Assembly: GCA_965603825.1 (NCBI GenBank)
Contig: CBFDEM010000038.1
Span: 496,001-560,000, forward strand
Reading direction: 5' to 3'
DNA length: 64,000 bases
Source of the DNA: Blepharisma stoltei ATCC 30299
Lineage: Eukaryota > Protista > Ciliophora
Program-made: the position numbers and the translations under genes
Notes under the pieces: generated by a model
Told to the model about the DNA's origin: nothing
Database searches by the model: none
The model's input: the letters and a program-made list of their open reading frames with translations, nothing else
In this document: positions 12,683-25,929 of the stretch, one piece after another
Layout of the letters: the number at the start of each line of letters is the position of its first letter
Numbering within the stretch: position 1 is the stretch's first letter

Positions 12683-15370
12683 CTAGAAATCTTCATCCCA
12701 GTTCAAGTTTGACCCAGGCCGCTGCTTAGGTGTGATTGATGGGAAAGCTGAATTAGCCTCCTCTTTAGATATATAATCATCCAAATTAAAATGTAAAAGA
12801 CCTGACTGAGCTGATTCTGTCTCAACTATCAAAGGAATTAAAGGTGGCTTTACCTGCTTAGAAAGCAAATTTTCCCACAAAACAGTGGAAAATCATGAAT
12901 TTGTTTTTAATTTTTGAATTGACCCTCCATTTCTAAGCGACGGGTTCAGATGAAGCAGCTGCTCAACGAAAACTCGTGCAGGCAAGCTTTGGTCAAGTCA
13001 AGAAGGGAACATCAAGTTATGGTCCAAAATTTTCTGGTAAATTGCGAAAGGGTCTTCTTCGTCTTCACCAAAAGGCACACTCCCACATATAAACTCATAT
13101 AGAATGATCCCCATGCTTCAATAGTCAACTGGGGTCCCATAGCCTTTCCCAGTGATTATTTCAGGGGCCATATAGTGTGGAGTCCCTACAATCGTGAAGG
13201 TTCGCCCTTGCAAAATCTTAGCAACCCCGAAATCTATTAATTTCGGGTATCCATCATCGTCGACCATTATATTTTCAGGTTTCAGGTCTCTATAAACAAT
13301 ATCTCGCTCATGTAAATGTTCTAAAATGACGACTAAACAAGATATATAAAACTTTGCGTCACTTTCTGATAATAGCCCCATCTGTCTTATGACATCAAAC
13401 AATTCTTGGCCTCTTACATATTCTGTCAAAAAATAAATGCGTTTTTCGTCTTTAAAAGTCCTTATCAGCTTCATTATCATTATATGGTCGAGCTGCATCA
13501 GGACTTTTCTTTCTAATACCAAATTGTTTTGAATTTGGTATCTGAGGACTTTTTTCCTTTCTACAGTTTTTAAGGCGTAGCAGGTTTTTTTGGACTTATG
13601 CATGACTAAAAATACGATCCCAAACATACCTCTGCCAAGGGTCTTTTTGATGATCAAGTCTTGCAAATTGACATTTGTGTCTTGAAGCTGTATTCGTTTG
13701 ACAAGGAGATTTTTGATGTCATCGTTTATGATGTTTAAAAAATCTTTTTGATGTAAAACCCAGCAGGTGACTTGGCCTGATGCTTTTATGGAGGCAGTAC
13801 GGAGGTCGTTGTAAAGGACTGATCTTTCTCCAAAGTAGTCATGCTTTGCTACTGTACGAACTCTTATATGATTTTTTATTACTTCAACTCGCCCTGTTTT
13901 TATAATAAAAAGGGAATCCCCAGGGTCGTTTTGTTTAAAAATGAAATCTCCGTCCTGGAATTCTTCTAATTTTAAACAGTTCATTAGCCGAATGATTTTA
14001 TCTTGAGACAGGTCTCGAAAAATCTGGACCTTTTTAAGCACAGCCAAAGCTTCATTTTTGTTAATAATTTCAATAAACTCCCCACCAATTAAAATTTCAA
14101 ATTCAGCCCTTGATATAACAGCTATATCAACTTTTCCTTCCGCTATAAGTTCTTCTGGGTAAATTTCATTAAAATTTCCAGTTATATCTAAGTCACCTAA
14201 ACAGCAAAGTGACTCATAGACTTTAGTTCCGGAATGGTTTCTAAGATTTCCTTTTAGTAAAATATATAATGCTACCCCTTTTTCAATGCCTGCATTAATA
14301 ACAATTTGGCCATGCTGGAAAGTATGGACTCTCATACTCCTAATTATAGATTCAACTTGGTCTCTTGTTAATTGTGAAATATAAGGGCTTCTTTCCAGTG
14401 CAATTCGTTGTGTATTTATGTAAATAATGTGTTGGAGCTTGCTGCCCAGCACTTTTGTTAAAGAGTCTCTCCCAATTGCTAAGCACTTAACCTGAGTAAT
14501 TGCAATAACTGTTGCAGTTCGTACACAGTTATGAAGTAAAGCTTGCTCTCCAAAATAATCTCCTCTTCCCATGCTTCTTATTTCTTGCCCCTCCTTCACA
14601 CAAGAAACCGTTCCTTCCTTAATAAGGTAAAACAAGTCTCCAGGCTCGCCTTCGTTTACAATCCTCTGCTGTGGATAAAATGCATGTGTTGATAGAGAGC
14701 TAACCAGCGCATCTCTTTGTTGTACAGTTAAAATTTGGAAAATTGGCACAGTCTCAATAAAATTGAGATTTTCTTGATAATTCATGGAATTCAGTTGCTC
14801 TAGTGTCGTTCTAAATGTTTGTCGGTCAACACCTCAAAGAACTGTTTTTTCTATTGTCTTTATAGTCGCACTTCTTGGGGTGTCATGGAGAAGTGCAAGT
14901 TCTCCAAACGAGTCCCCTGGCTTTAGGATTTTTGTCAAAGTTCCATTGATAATTACTTGCAGCTTGCCTGAAGCCACAACAAAAAAATTGCCTCCAGGCT
15001 GGTCTTGCATAAATACTATTGCATCAGGGCTCAAAGCGTAATGCTTCATTTTGCCTATTATAAAATCGAGCTGATCCTCAGTCAAGCTATTGAAAATAAA
15101 GTGTTTACTCAGGGCATATTTAATATTATCCACTTCTCTTCTTGTTTTATCTTTATCGGTCACCACTGCTGTCGGAGCATCTAAAGTGATTTCTTCTTCT
15201 AGCCGAGAATCGAAAGCAGATCCTTTCTTTTTAAAAAGTTTCCTCGCTCCACTGTTTTCAAATGTATTAAGACTGATTTTCTGTTCTTCTTGCACTAGCA
15301 CTGTGCTAAGCAAGCTTCTTGAATCGACTGAATGTATTGACGGCTTTGCAATTGACATACAAACTCCCAT
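12683..15370 (-). CDS. PKG: cGMP-dependent protein kinase, alveolate type with four CNB domains (~895 aa)
   Basis: Single frame with TGA=Trp (VL-W-GVDR, VDY-W-SMG). FGELAL/FGEQAL/FGERSV cyclic-nucleotide cassettes plus one degenerate CNB. Kinase motifs GRGMFG, YRDLKPEN, DFG, GTPHYMAPE. N-terminal MGVC. Confidence 0.93.
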
Positions 15371-15444
15371 TTATTAATTTTTCATAATAGAAAAAACATA
15401 TATTCCATTTTTTATCTCAAAATTTTAGATATCCAACTGTACAG

Positions 15445-16806
15445 CTAAATTACCCGTGCTAGGTCTTTTATAGTAGCTCGAGGTCGGATATGTATCACGC
15501 ACTTTTCTTCCACATAAGGTCTTCCAGCTGTTTCAGGTCTCAATGGTGCAGGCGTTATATTAGCAATGCTCAAAGATCCTCGCTGTCGTAAAAATTCCCC
15601 TTGCACAATTTCTGATGTTTGTGGCCTTATTACATTAAAATAGCTTCTTGGTACAACGGGTTCATCATTGCATGGTGTTTCATCCTCATCAGCAATTTTA
15701 GACACATTCATACGTGGCCTTTGTGTTTCATTTGCTACCGTTTCAGGTCTATCTTTAAAACTGAAATAACTTCTATGGTTTCCTTGAGTCATAGGCCTTA
15801 CATTAGATACAATATTTTCAGGGGCAAGCTGCATTCTTAATTGCGACTTAAATGTTGTTTCAGGCGGCTGAGACAAAACCCTAGACAATTGATGTGTTTC
15901 TTGAGAAATTTTAGTTGTGCTTTCATTTGTTGTGATATTTGTGGATAAGATAGAATTTTCAGTTTTGTAACAATTGCGAGGATCTGGCTGCATGATCGGT
16001 TTTCTGTAAAGTTTTTTTATAAATAATGGGACTTCTGTTAGCGCTTCTTTAATTTCAGGCCTTTTGTAGCTGTTTTTATCAAGAAACTTCATTATAAAGC
16101 TTACTAATTTCGGAGAATATCTCGCAGGCAGCTGCCGAGGTGCTTTATTCAGAATATTATACCCAAGAGTAATCAAATTATCTCCTAAAAAGGGCAAATC
16201 CAATGCAGCAATATTATAAAGCACACAGCCTATAGCTCATATATCAGCTTTATTCCCATAAGGGTGCCTTCTTACCTGTTCAGGACTGAGGTAAAGTGGA
16301 GTTCCTACGATTGACGTATGCATCTGCTTCGTCCTTGTCATTTTTGACAATCCTAAATCTCCTATTTTTATCCTTTTCTCATTGTCCAGAAAGATATTCA
16401 TGCATTTTATATCCCTATGCAGGATATTGTTGGAATGAAGATAATTAACTGCCAGACAAATTTCGTATGCTCATGTCCATAATTGGCTTTCATCAATTCC
16501 TTTACGTTTTTCTTTTGTTTTCGAGATAAAGCTTTGTAAATCGCCACCAGATGCATATTCCATGAGGATGAATAGCGTTTCGTCCTTTATTATGCTGTTA
16601 TAGTAACGGATTATGTGCTCATGACTAACCGTGCTCAAAATTTCTACTTCTTTTTCTGCTTTATTTTGCTTATTTTTCGACAGATTTGAAAGATCAATTG
16701 CTTTTATTACATAAAACCTACCATTTCCTTGGTGCTGTACTTTGTACACAATCCCTGAAGTGCCTCTGCCTAGTTCTTTTACAACTGCAACACCTAATTC
16801 TTCCAT
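15445..16806 (-). CDS. NIMA-related (NEK) kinase (~453 aa)
   Basis: LMEYASGGDL, HRDIKCMNIFL, IGDLG, GTPLYLSPE and KADI-W(TGA 16237-16239)-AIGC in one frame. Confidence 0.9.
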
Positions 16807-16841
16807 ATAGCGTAACTTATATTAATATTTTTATTTTATCA

Positions 16842-19800
16842 TTACTCTTTAACTCCATTATTAAGTGGCCTTGTGGATACTCCTGTGCTATAATAAGCGG
16901 CGTCATTTTCATTTTTTTTGTTTTCCTCAATTGGCTCTATTTTATCAGTATTCTTAGTCAGCTTATCAGCCAACGTCGGATGATAAAGCTTCATATAGCA
17001 ATGGACGATATATAAAGGGACAACACAAATTCCAGTCGATAAAATAATCCCGCTCCAAAAGCTCATGGTTGAAAAATAGTCAGCTGTGCTTGCGAAGACC
17101 CAGGCATCAGGAACATTGTCATAAATAAACACAAAGGTGGGGCAGTATAAGATGAAGCCAAGACCCCATATGACAAAATGCTGAAACCAGGTCCAATAAT
17201 GCATATAAATTATGAGGACAAAGTTGACTATACAGACGACTGACGTGTACATGCATACACTTAAAGCCCAGTGACCTTCAGTTGCGCCTCAGTCATTCAT
17301 AGCTTGTTTATAGTAAATTCAGCTTGGGATTATATAGACAACTAGGCTGCAAAAAATACCATATAGTAGCCAAATAATGAATTTTACAAGAGTTAGAGGC
17401 TGCTGAGTCTTGGTTTCCAAGTACAGTTGAGGCCAAAAGTTCTTGATTCTAGGATTTATACGATAATTTACATCTTGGTCCCACAATGAGTACATAACAA
17501 TCCCAGCAGCTGTGGTAACTGAATTAAATAGCAATAAATATCAGTCATCCCAAACTGTTTGTCCACTATACCCATTTCTAGTGCCAAAATATAGCTGTAC
17601 TAATGTGAAAGAAATATTTTTGTAAAAAAAATAAAGGACGTAAAACCCTATTCTCCTTAAATTTCACCTACCATGCACAAACATAAGATGCCTTAGATGT
17701 CGGAATTCACAAATAGCGAAATCGCTACAGTCTGCAGCTTGGTGGCCTTCTTTGCCAAAAATTCCTATACCTATGTGAGCGGCTTGGATCATGGAGACGT
17801 CGTTTCCTCCATCTCCAATTGCTAGGGTAACTGCATGTGGCTGGTGGATTTTTATGAATTTCACGACTTCAGCTTTTTGCTTGGGGTTTGAGCGGCAACA
17901 GATTACAGATTTGCTGGCTTGACAGAGGCTGAAAAAGTTAGGGTGTTTTAGACAGGTGGCTAAAGCGTCGCCTTCTATTATTAAAGCAATTGAGTTTTGT
18001 TGAGTTTTAAAGCTAGGAAATAGGCCGGGGGAAATATCTTTATTGATATTGGCTAAGGATTTTTCGATATCTTCTTCTTTTTGGTTAAGAATATAATAAG
18101 TTGCCCAGTTTTGGTTCAGCAAATTGCAAGCATATGCAATATTTTCAGCAGTCTCCACCTTATCTCCAGTCAACATCCAAACCTTCATATTAGCATCTGT
18201 AAACTCTTTGATTGCTTTTGGGACACTTTTCTGTAGCCTATCCTCCACAGCTGTAGCACCAAGCAAAAAAATATCCTGTTCAATTTCTTCTGCTAGTGCT
18301 GCCAAGTTCTGTGCCTGTGCTTCCCCAAAGCTGCATTTTTCTGTCTTATATTTCCCAAACCACTCTTGGAAATCTTCTTCATTAATCACTTTAAAACCTA
18401 CACAAAGCGTCCTTAATCCTTTTCTACAAAACTTGCTTAATGCAGCTTTTGTATTATCAAGATATGGGATTTCGTTGACTGAGTAGTCCAATCTTTCTTC
18501 AATAACAGTATCAGCTCCTTTTATATACAACCTTATAGAAAAATCTTTAGGATGCCTTACAATGACTGACATCCTTTTCCTTTCTGCAGTAAAATCATTT
18601 ATCGCTAGAATTTCAAACATCCTGTTTTCCCCTTTGCAATTCGTCAAGATAGAGTCCGCAGTTCTTTCTAAAAAGACGTAGCCAATCTCTTTTGCGGCAT
18701 CTACCAATGTGACTTCATCAGGACTGGAGCCTAAATATTGGATTTCGTCGCCTTCTTTGTATTCAGAAACCACGTCATTGCATACTAGTAGTGCTGTTAA
18801 AAATTCATCAATATAATCAGATATATTAGTCAGTCTAACAGTTTCTGTGATTATTTCTAAACATTGGCTGCTATCTGATTTTTTTAGGTCACTTATAATC
18901 CCACTCACGTCAAAGCTCCACAAAACGTCATTTCCTTTGATTGCTCTAGTAGGGTTTCCTATAGGTGTATAGGAAACGCTAAAAGACCTATCCAGGTGTT
19001 CTTCTTTATTTACCGAAAAACTCTCACTTCTCTTAATTTCCTCATTAATTTCAAATTTCGTCATAATTTTCGGAGAATCTGAAAAATCACCATATACAGC
19101 CCCACCAATTGCACAGCCTTTAAACTCCATTGTATTTGAAGTCAAAGTGCCAGTTTTATCACAAAACACATAATCTACATTCCCTAGCTCTTCTAAAATA
19201 TTCAATGAATACACCCTTGCACATCTGTCTTGCTCCTCACTATACATTTTCAAATCAATCTGTATAAAAAAAGCTGCAATGAACTTGACGAGCTCTAGTG
19301 TCACAATAATAGAAATCGGAATCAGAGAATTTAACAATATAAAATAGCTCATATAAGACAAAACTATTACTTTCCCTGTAGAAGTGTCATAATCCTGGAA
19401 CAAGTAGTCTTCGTCCTCATGGTCAGACACAAATGAAGACGCTGAAATGCAGGCAAAAACACACAGTCCGACCTGTATAAGGAGCTGAATAACGACGATG
19501 TTGTTCATAATAGTTTCGTATTTGCTTCTTTTAAAAGGCGCATGTCGCTGATTCATCATTATTTTGGTGTTCATCCCGGCGTAGACTACAAGACCAATTA
19601 CATAGCTGGTGTTCCTTAAGTTTGAGCCTCTCAGTAAAAGCTGCTTGGCGTCGAGTCAATAGCTTTGATCATTTATTTCAATTTTCCCTGCAAAGGTGGA
19701 AAGACGGTAGTCAGGTGGGTTTACAGTGATTTTTATGCTGCCCTGACGGGTAACAAGCTTTTCAGTCTCAAAAAGCCCGACTGTGGCGGTTAAGGCTTGC

Positions 19801-20315
19801 CTTGTTTTTAAATTTTGTTCACCGTCGAGATTTGCTGTTTGGATTTTGCAGTCACCCTTTTGGCTGCTTGAGGTTAAGATGAGCAAATCAGCTGGAAACT
19901 CTTCGTAGTCGTGGACTTTTATGATGTCGCCGGGAGTGATATCTTTTCACTCGACTTCTACTCAATCCTGGTCAATTCACTTTGAAGTCTTACTGTGATT
20001 CACCAGTCGGTCATTTTTTCGGCGTTTCTATATAAAAGTTACTCAGTCTTCAATAGCTTCTTTTATCATTGCGATAATTAGCACCAATAAGAGTGGCGCT
20101 ATTGCAGTAAATGGACTAATTGGAGAAATATTTGGTATTGACTGCACAATAGCTGTCAGCAGGAAATATATGTTGGCAAGACGTTTGAATTGAAACAGAG
20201 TGCAAAGCGGGACAAATGAAATCAGCGAGTACTTGCATGTGTTCACTTTGTTTGTTTTGTGTGAGAATGGCTTGTTCAGATTTGGGTCATCAAGATATAC
20301 GCAGTATTCTTCCAT
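16842..20315 (-). CDS. P4-type ATPase, phospholipid flippase (~1152 aa, 1 intron)
   Basis: LDGE, IPISI, DKTGTLT, SPDE, MLTGDK, AIGDGGND and VHGR-W(TGA) motifs. 15-nt intron at 20028..20042. Confidence 0.95.
20028..20042 (-). other. 15-nt intron GTAACTTTTATATAG
   Basis: Removal gives the conserved flippase stretch AIEDW-KRRKNDRLVN. Confidence 0.9.
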
Positions 20316-20875
20316 AATTCTATTTGTGAAAAAATTATAAATGCATAGAGGTGATAAAGGATTGGGATAGATTTATGAGTTTTGAGATATTGATAATTAT
20401 TAGTAATTTTTAAGAGAAAACCGATAAGATTCTTTGTAAGAAAATTTATCATTTTATCTAGAATTTATTATATTTCCTATTGCTCCTTGGACTAATTATG
20501 GTAGAGTCTAGCATGTTACGATGAATAGACAATATTGAAAATTTGACAAATAAATCATAAATTATTCTGACTAAATTTCTTATAAAAATAAAATAAAACT
20601 GAAATTAGAAAGGCATTCTGGAAGCTTTTCTTGGTTTTAGATAAAACTAATTACTGGATTATATTTATTTCGTATTTTCTTTAAATAATTAGTGTTATAG
20701 ATTGAATTTAGGATGCTTCATAGTATACCATCTAATATTTAATAAGAAAATTATCGAGCAAGATTCAATCAGATGTAAATAAATCAGTGAAGCCAAACAC
20801 TAATAATATTATATTTACATCGGGATTGCCGAAATTACCAAAAGCATTTTTTATTAGTATTACCTATTACCTGAG

Positions 20876-21646
20876 TTAATTTTCATCTCTAATCCCAGGA
20901 GCAAGAAAATATCTTAGCTCTCCCAGATAAAATTTGAATTGTAGCATCACAGGTGCGTCGCTCGACATAGAAATTGAGACTTCTTCAGACAGGCATGACG
21001 CTTTATTAAAATGGTTGAGGTATTTCAAGTTCAAATCCATGCTTACCGGCTGCGTCACTCTCAAAACCATTTTATGGTCTGGTATTTCAGCTGGTCTTAG
21101 CGATACCACCCCACTTCCAATATCCTCATTCACAAATTCAAAATTAAGTGCTTCTTTATCAATTGACAAAGATATAGGGTTTAGTGCAGGACAAAATGAC
21201 CTGCAGATTCTTGCAAACTCTAAGCTTGGGACTTTTGCATATACAGAGTAGTCTTGTTCAGGAATCCCAAAGTTTTCAAGCTCAATATCTAACAAATTTA
21301 AGGTGAATTCACTAGTCCTCTTGTTGTCTAAGCCTGCAAATGCTAATGAAAGGACATTGGAATTGTCTTCAATTTTGAGTGTGACCGTTTCGTTATTATT
21401 AGCCAAATTGAGAAACTTCGATAGATTTGGTATTGAGATTCCGATGGTTTCGGGATGGCTGCAGTGGTATTCATCGAATTGGTCGGCTTGCAATGTGAGA
21501 ATTATTAAGGCAATTTTGGAAGAATCCATTGTTTTAATGCTGATCCCTTCAGAAGTTATTTCAAGATTGGCTTCTGTAATAAGATCCTTGATAGCTGAAA
21601 TAAGCTTTTTTAATATCGTAGCATTTCCCAACAACGCTTCAAACAT
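20876..21646 (-). CDS. PCNA: Proliferating cell nuclear antigen, divergent paralog
   Basis: MFEA.L...LKKLISAIKDL, MDSS, EFARICR, YLNHFNKA, YFLAP motifs; 256 aa. Confidence 0.9.
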   Translation of the reverse strand: MFEALLGNATILKKLISAIKDLITEANLEITSEGISIKTMDSSKIALIILTLQADQFDEYHCSHPETIGISIPNLSKFLNLANNNETVTLKIEDNSNVLSLAFAGLDNKRTSEFTLNLLDIELENFGIPEQDYSVYAKVPSLEFARICRSFCPALNPISLSIDKEALNFEFVNEDIGSGVVSLRPAEIPDHKMVLRVTQPVSMDLNLKYLNHFNKASCLSEEVSISMSSDAPVMLQFKFYLGELRYFLAPGIRDEN

Positions 21647-22020
21647 GTTATATATAAAAAGTCAAAAAGGGCGCGATTTTTGAGAGATGATACGGGATTA
21701 TTTTTATATCAGAAATGAATAGCAGTCTATATGTAAATATTTGCCTTGACACTTGGGTAAGCTTTGAATAAAGTAGGTATTAAATTAATTAATTTTATTT
21801 ATGCTAACATTAGAATGAGCTTTGATCACTAAATTATGTGCAGTATTTTATTAGAGGTAACTGAGAAATCAATTTGAAAAGCAAAAAATCATTTAAGAAC
21901 AAATGATGATTAGACTTATTTTGAGAATTAAGTAAGTTTGAAGGATAAACCCGTGCAATATAATTCCTTTATACAATGTGTCAAGCTCAGCAGATCATAT
22001 ATAAAATTATTGTTCAAAAT

Positions 22021-22653
22021 ATGGTCTTCTTATTTCAAGCTAAAAATTACAGGACGTTAAAATCCCTTCTAAGACAGCACACTTTCTTCAAATTTCCGTT
22101 CCCAAGATTCTTTTCAAGCAATTCTGACTCCCTTCCAAAAGACGGCTCAAATGTCGAATGAGATCTCAATAACGTAATTATGGTCTGAAATACGCCTTAT
22201 ACAGCACATGAATGAGATATTTTAAGATTTTTTAAACAGTGTGGAGAGCCCAAATTGGCCAAGAACTGAACTGCAAACAAATCAAACACACTAATACAGT
22301 TTCAAAACGAATCAGAAGTAAATAAAGCTCTTGCATTAAATCGCACTGAATTTATGGGTCGCCCACTTTTTATTAAGAAAATTGAAGGCAAAGAGGAAAA
22401 CAAAACAATTTTAGCATGAAATATCCCAAAAATATTAGAACTTAATAAGCTTAAGCTGAAGGAATTTTTTGAAGATTATGGAACGGTAGTTGATATTCGC
22501 CTAAATAGAAACTACAAAAAAGAATTTTTAGGGAAGGCATTTATTGAATTTAAGAGTACAGAGGATGCGCTGAATGCATTTAAATTACATAATAAAAAGT
22601 TTTTAGGAAAAAACATACAGCTGACCACAGCAATTAACAAGCCTCCAAGATAA
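22021..22653 (+). CDS. Two-RRM RNA-binding protein with likely mitochondrial presequence (~210 aa)
   Basis: Open to TAA 22651-22653 with TGA=Trp. RNP1-like LGKAFIEF, EFFEDYGTV and ALALNRTEFMGRPL. An upstream in-frame ATG at 21976 is also possible. Confidence 0.8.
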
Positions 22654-22682
22654 AATTTGAAATCTTAAAATTAATAATATGC

Positions 22683-25007
22683 TTACAAAATTTCTCTAAA
22701 CCCTTCTAAGGTATTTCGAAAGTCTGAAGAACTCCCACTCGAATTGACACTAATTGAAGATGGCATAATAGGCGAATACATGCTTTCATTGAATGATGAA
22801 CTCCTTTCAAGTTCATCAATTCCATAGTCAAAGTCACTGTTCCTATCCACCTCACCAAACTTGAATTTCACCACAACTGGCTCTGTTACAATTTTTTCAG
22901 GCAAAAAATGCGATTTTTTCTTTTTAATCACTTTTTCACTTCGGAGTGGGAATTCTTCTCCTTCCTCGCTTGAAGACGAGGACCCTAGTATATTTACGTA
23001 ATTTTTATTTTTACCTGACATTTCGCCTTCTTCTTCAACTTTGGAAAGAACTGTTGTCTCTTTGTCTTTATCTCTATCAGAGTCTGGCAGCCTGTATTTT
23101 TCCTGCTTTAGGGTGTCTAGGTACTTCATTGATTTTTGCTTTAAAATGATGTTGTCAGCAAACAAGCTACTTGGCTGTCTGTATAATCCGATAACGTTTT
23201 TTGCATCGAACCCAGCTTTTCAATTGATTTTTCGGTCTTTTCTATCAAAATTAGGAGAGCAGTCGTCTTGGTTTTTAGAAATTAGTCTTTTGCCTCCTTT
23301 CTTTTGAAGCCATTTATCTTTCAAAAATTTGTGATCAAGATCAAGGATGGCTGATGTGCACCGAGTGGCCACATGTCCTAATTTTTTACATAAGTAGCAA
23401 TGAACCCCTAGAATCGCATAATCCTTTGAGCAGCGCTCCTGCAGCAGCCTTGTGATGCTATTAGCGTTAGGAAATTTTTCAAGAATAGTATCAAGGTCAT
23501 CTCTCTTCAGAATTAGTAGCTCAGCAAAGCACAAGCACCTTGCTGATGAAGTTCTAGGGTGTTTTGCAAAGAATCCGATTTCTCCGAAGTAATGGTCTTC
23601 TTCTAGCAGTTTAAATACAGATTTTGTGGCTTTATCGAAGAGTTCTATTGTCCCTGAATTAATAAAATAAACACTGGAGCTTTTTTCTCCTTCCTGAATC
23701 ACGATATCGTCAGGTGCGAAGGTTCTATATACAACATCCTTGCTGAGCCTTCCGATGAATTTTTCACTGTACAGCTGTGCGAAGACTTTGCATTTTGCTA
23801 TGTATTTTCCTCTGGTTATCCCAAAAATATCATCCCTTAGAGGCTCAGAAACCATTTTCAAAATGGCGTCTTCGTCAAGTTTATCTAGTTTTTGGTTTGT
23901 CCATATAAACTTTAAATATCTCCTGATTTTAAACCTCAAAGATGACGGCAAATAGGCTTTTTTCATATAAATATTCAAATTTATCATTTTTTCTCTAAAG
24001 GAGTATTCTTTTTCGCCTTGCTTGCTGACTTCTCCACTAATAGATGACAAAACATAACTAAAAATAATCACAGCAATAAACAGCATACAGACACAAAAAA
24101 GTTTTTCATTTGTTGTATAAGGCTTCAAATCTCCATATCCTACTGTAGCGACAGTTGTAATAGAAAAATATAAAGCTTTTACATAAAGTGTAATTATATT
24201 ATCATTGCCCTGCTGATAAGAAAGGCCTACTCACGTAATCGGAGTAGTCGCAGCATCATCATAGCATATAAAAAACCACATGCACGCACATCAGTGAGCT
24301 ACCAGTAGCGCAAAAACAATCAATTTTATTACTTGAATTGAGGCAGCAACTGCAGAGCTTCCTAAAAAACTTTCAAGGTGCCCAATTAAAAGCTTAACTT
24401 TCACAATTCTGATAAGAGGGGTAAATTTCAAAATTGAAATGACTTTAAAAGATGTGGTCACTCCGACGTTGTTATTATTGCTCCGAAATAGATCATGAGA
24501 ATCAACTATCAGATCAAAAGGAAAAGTGGCAAGAATGTCAATCAGAAATCATTTTTTAAGGTAATGCATCATGATTTTTTTCCTAGAGGTTACTACGTGG
24601 CCTTTGGCATAGTAAGCTGTATTAAAACTCAAGAATATGTCCAAAATAAAATAACTATTCACAGTATTTATAACTTTTATAAGTAAGGCATAATCTCTAA
24701 CAGGAAACGCTTGTATAAAAGGAATCACTGTTGCTTGAGATGCGATTATAAAAATGCTAATTATATTCCAAATCAATTTCAATACATTGTCTGGGTGGAT
24801 TGTGTACTTGGACTGGCCTTCATTAGATCAGGCAGCCAGCTGGAAAAAATCACGTCGCGTGTTTCTTTTTTTGATAAAAATCGAGTTTCCTACGTCTTCT
24901 AATTTTATTGAAGGGGTTTCTGGATTCTTATTCAGAGTTAAAAGTGAAATTTCACTTCATTTTCTTCGTGCTGTTAACGCAGGCTTTAAAACTTTCTTTT
25001 GTCCCAT
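22683..25007 (-). CDS. 6TM K+ channel with cyclic-nucleotide-binding domain (EAG/HCN-like) and CCHC knuckle (~774 aa)
   Basis: One frame from ATG 25007 with TGA=Trp. IHPD, TTVATVGYGD selectivity filter, C-linker, YFGEIG...PRTSSA, then CYLCKKLGHVATRC. Confidence 0.92.
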
Positions 25008-25059
25008 TATTAGTAATTTTCATAACTTAATTAATTATGCCTTGTGATTAAGGCTCTTT

Positions 25060-25929
25060 CCAAGCATTATGCCTTATAGTCATATTTTTATTCCTCTAAT
25101 CCTTTAAATTCTCTTCAGCATCAGATACTAATTTTGAGCCTTGGCTTTGCACCACTTATTTAAAGTCCATCCACCTTAAAATTCCTCACACTCTTAGATT
25201 TTGCTCCTTATTTTTCTTAAATTTTCTTATTCATCAGGCTCCAGGATTCAGTTATTGCTCCAAAATATTCCAGATCTACTCTTGTTTGCAACATTTTTCT
25301 CCTCACTCTCTATTTCTTCAGCTTCTCCTTTGCATTAACTTTCACTTTCATTTCCCTTATTATAAATTCTCCAAAAATTCCAAAGTATCTATCAATGCAG
25401 CATTTTTCCCTGCATCATCGCAGGCTACCCTGCTCACTCCTTCTAAGTTCAAATCTTATTCTTCTTCTTCTTCCATTGTCCAGATCTTCTTATCAGTCTT
25501 CTTCATCAGCTTTACCACTCTTATCTTTATTTATATTTTTCGCAATTTCCGGGTATGCTACCTATCACGGCTGATTCTACTGCTTTATCTCTTTTCAACG
25601 CTATTATCTTTACCTTCTTATGCATTTAACCAGAGTCCTCAACTAGACTTTCGAGATCGCTTGAGATTACAATATCAGCATTTACCACATCTAGCTCTTA
25701 TCTTAGTTTTCACATTCAAATTAATGCCCATATTTAGAGTCATAATTATATTCAAATTCCCCATCAAATTTTCATCCTTATACTCATCTAATATACTCCT
25801 CTTAATGGATCTTCAATTCATTTCTTCATCTGACCAACAGTCACCCACTTCAAAGTCTTTAAATGAATTACTGCTCATATAACTCCTACTTCAGTAGACT
25901 GTTGTTCAAAGAAAATGACGCTCATCCAT
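25060..25929 (-). pseudogene. Decayed coding-like sequence, origin unknown
   Basis: Purine-rich Glu/Lys-coding composition on the minus strand from ATG 25929, broken by many TAA/TAG and apparent frameshifts. Confidence 0.35.

Noticed and set aside
13118-13120. In-frame TGAs as selenocysteine, nonsense mutations or programmed readthrough
   Set aside because: They occur in most genes at conserved Trp positions, which indicates genome-wide reassignment.
25286-25882. 198-aa hydrophobic plus-strand ORF
   Set aside because: It starts at TTG and its F/L/S-rich composition is the antisense shadow of purine-rich minus-strand sequence.
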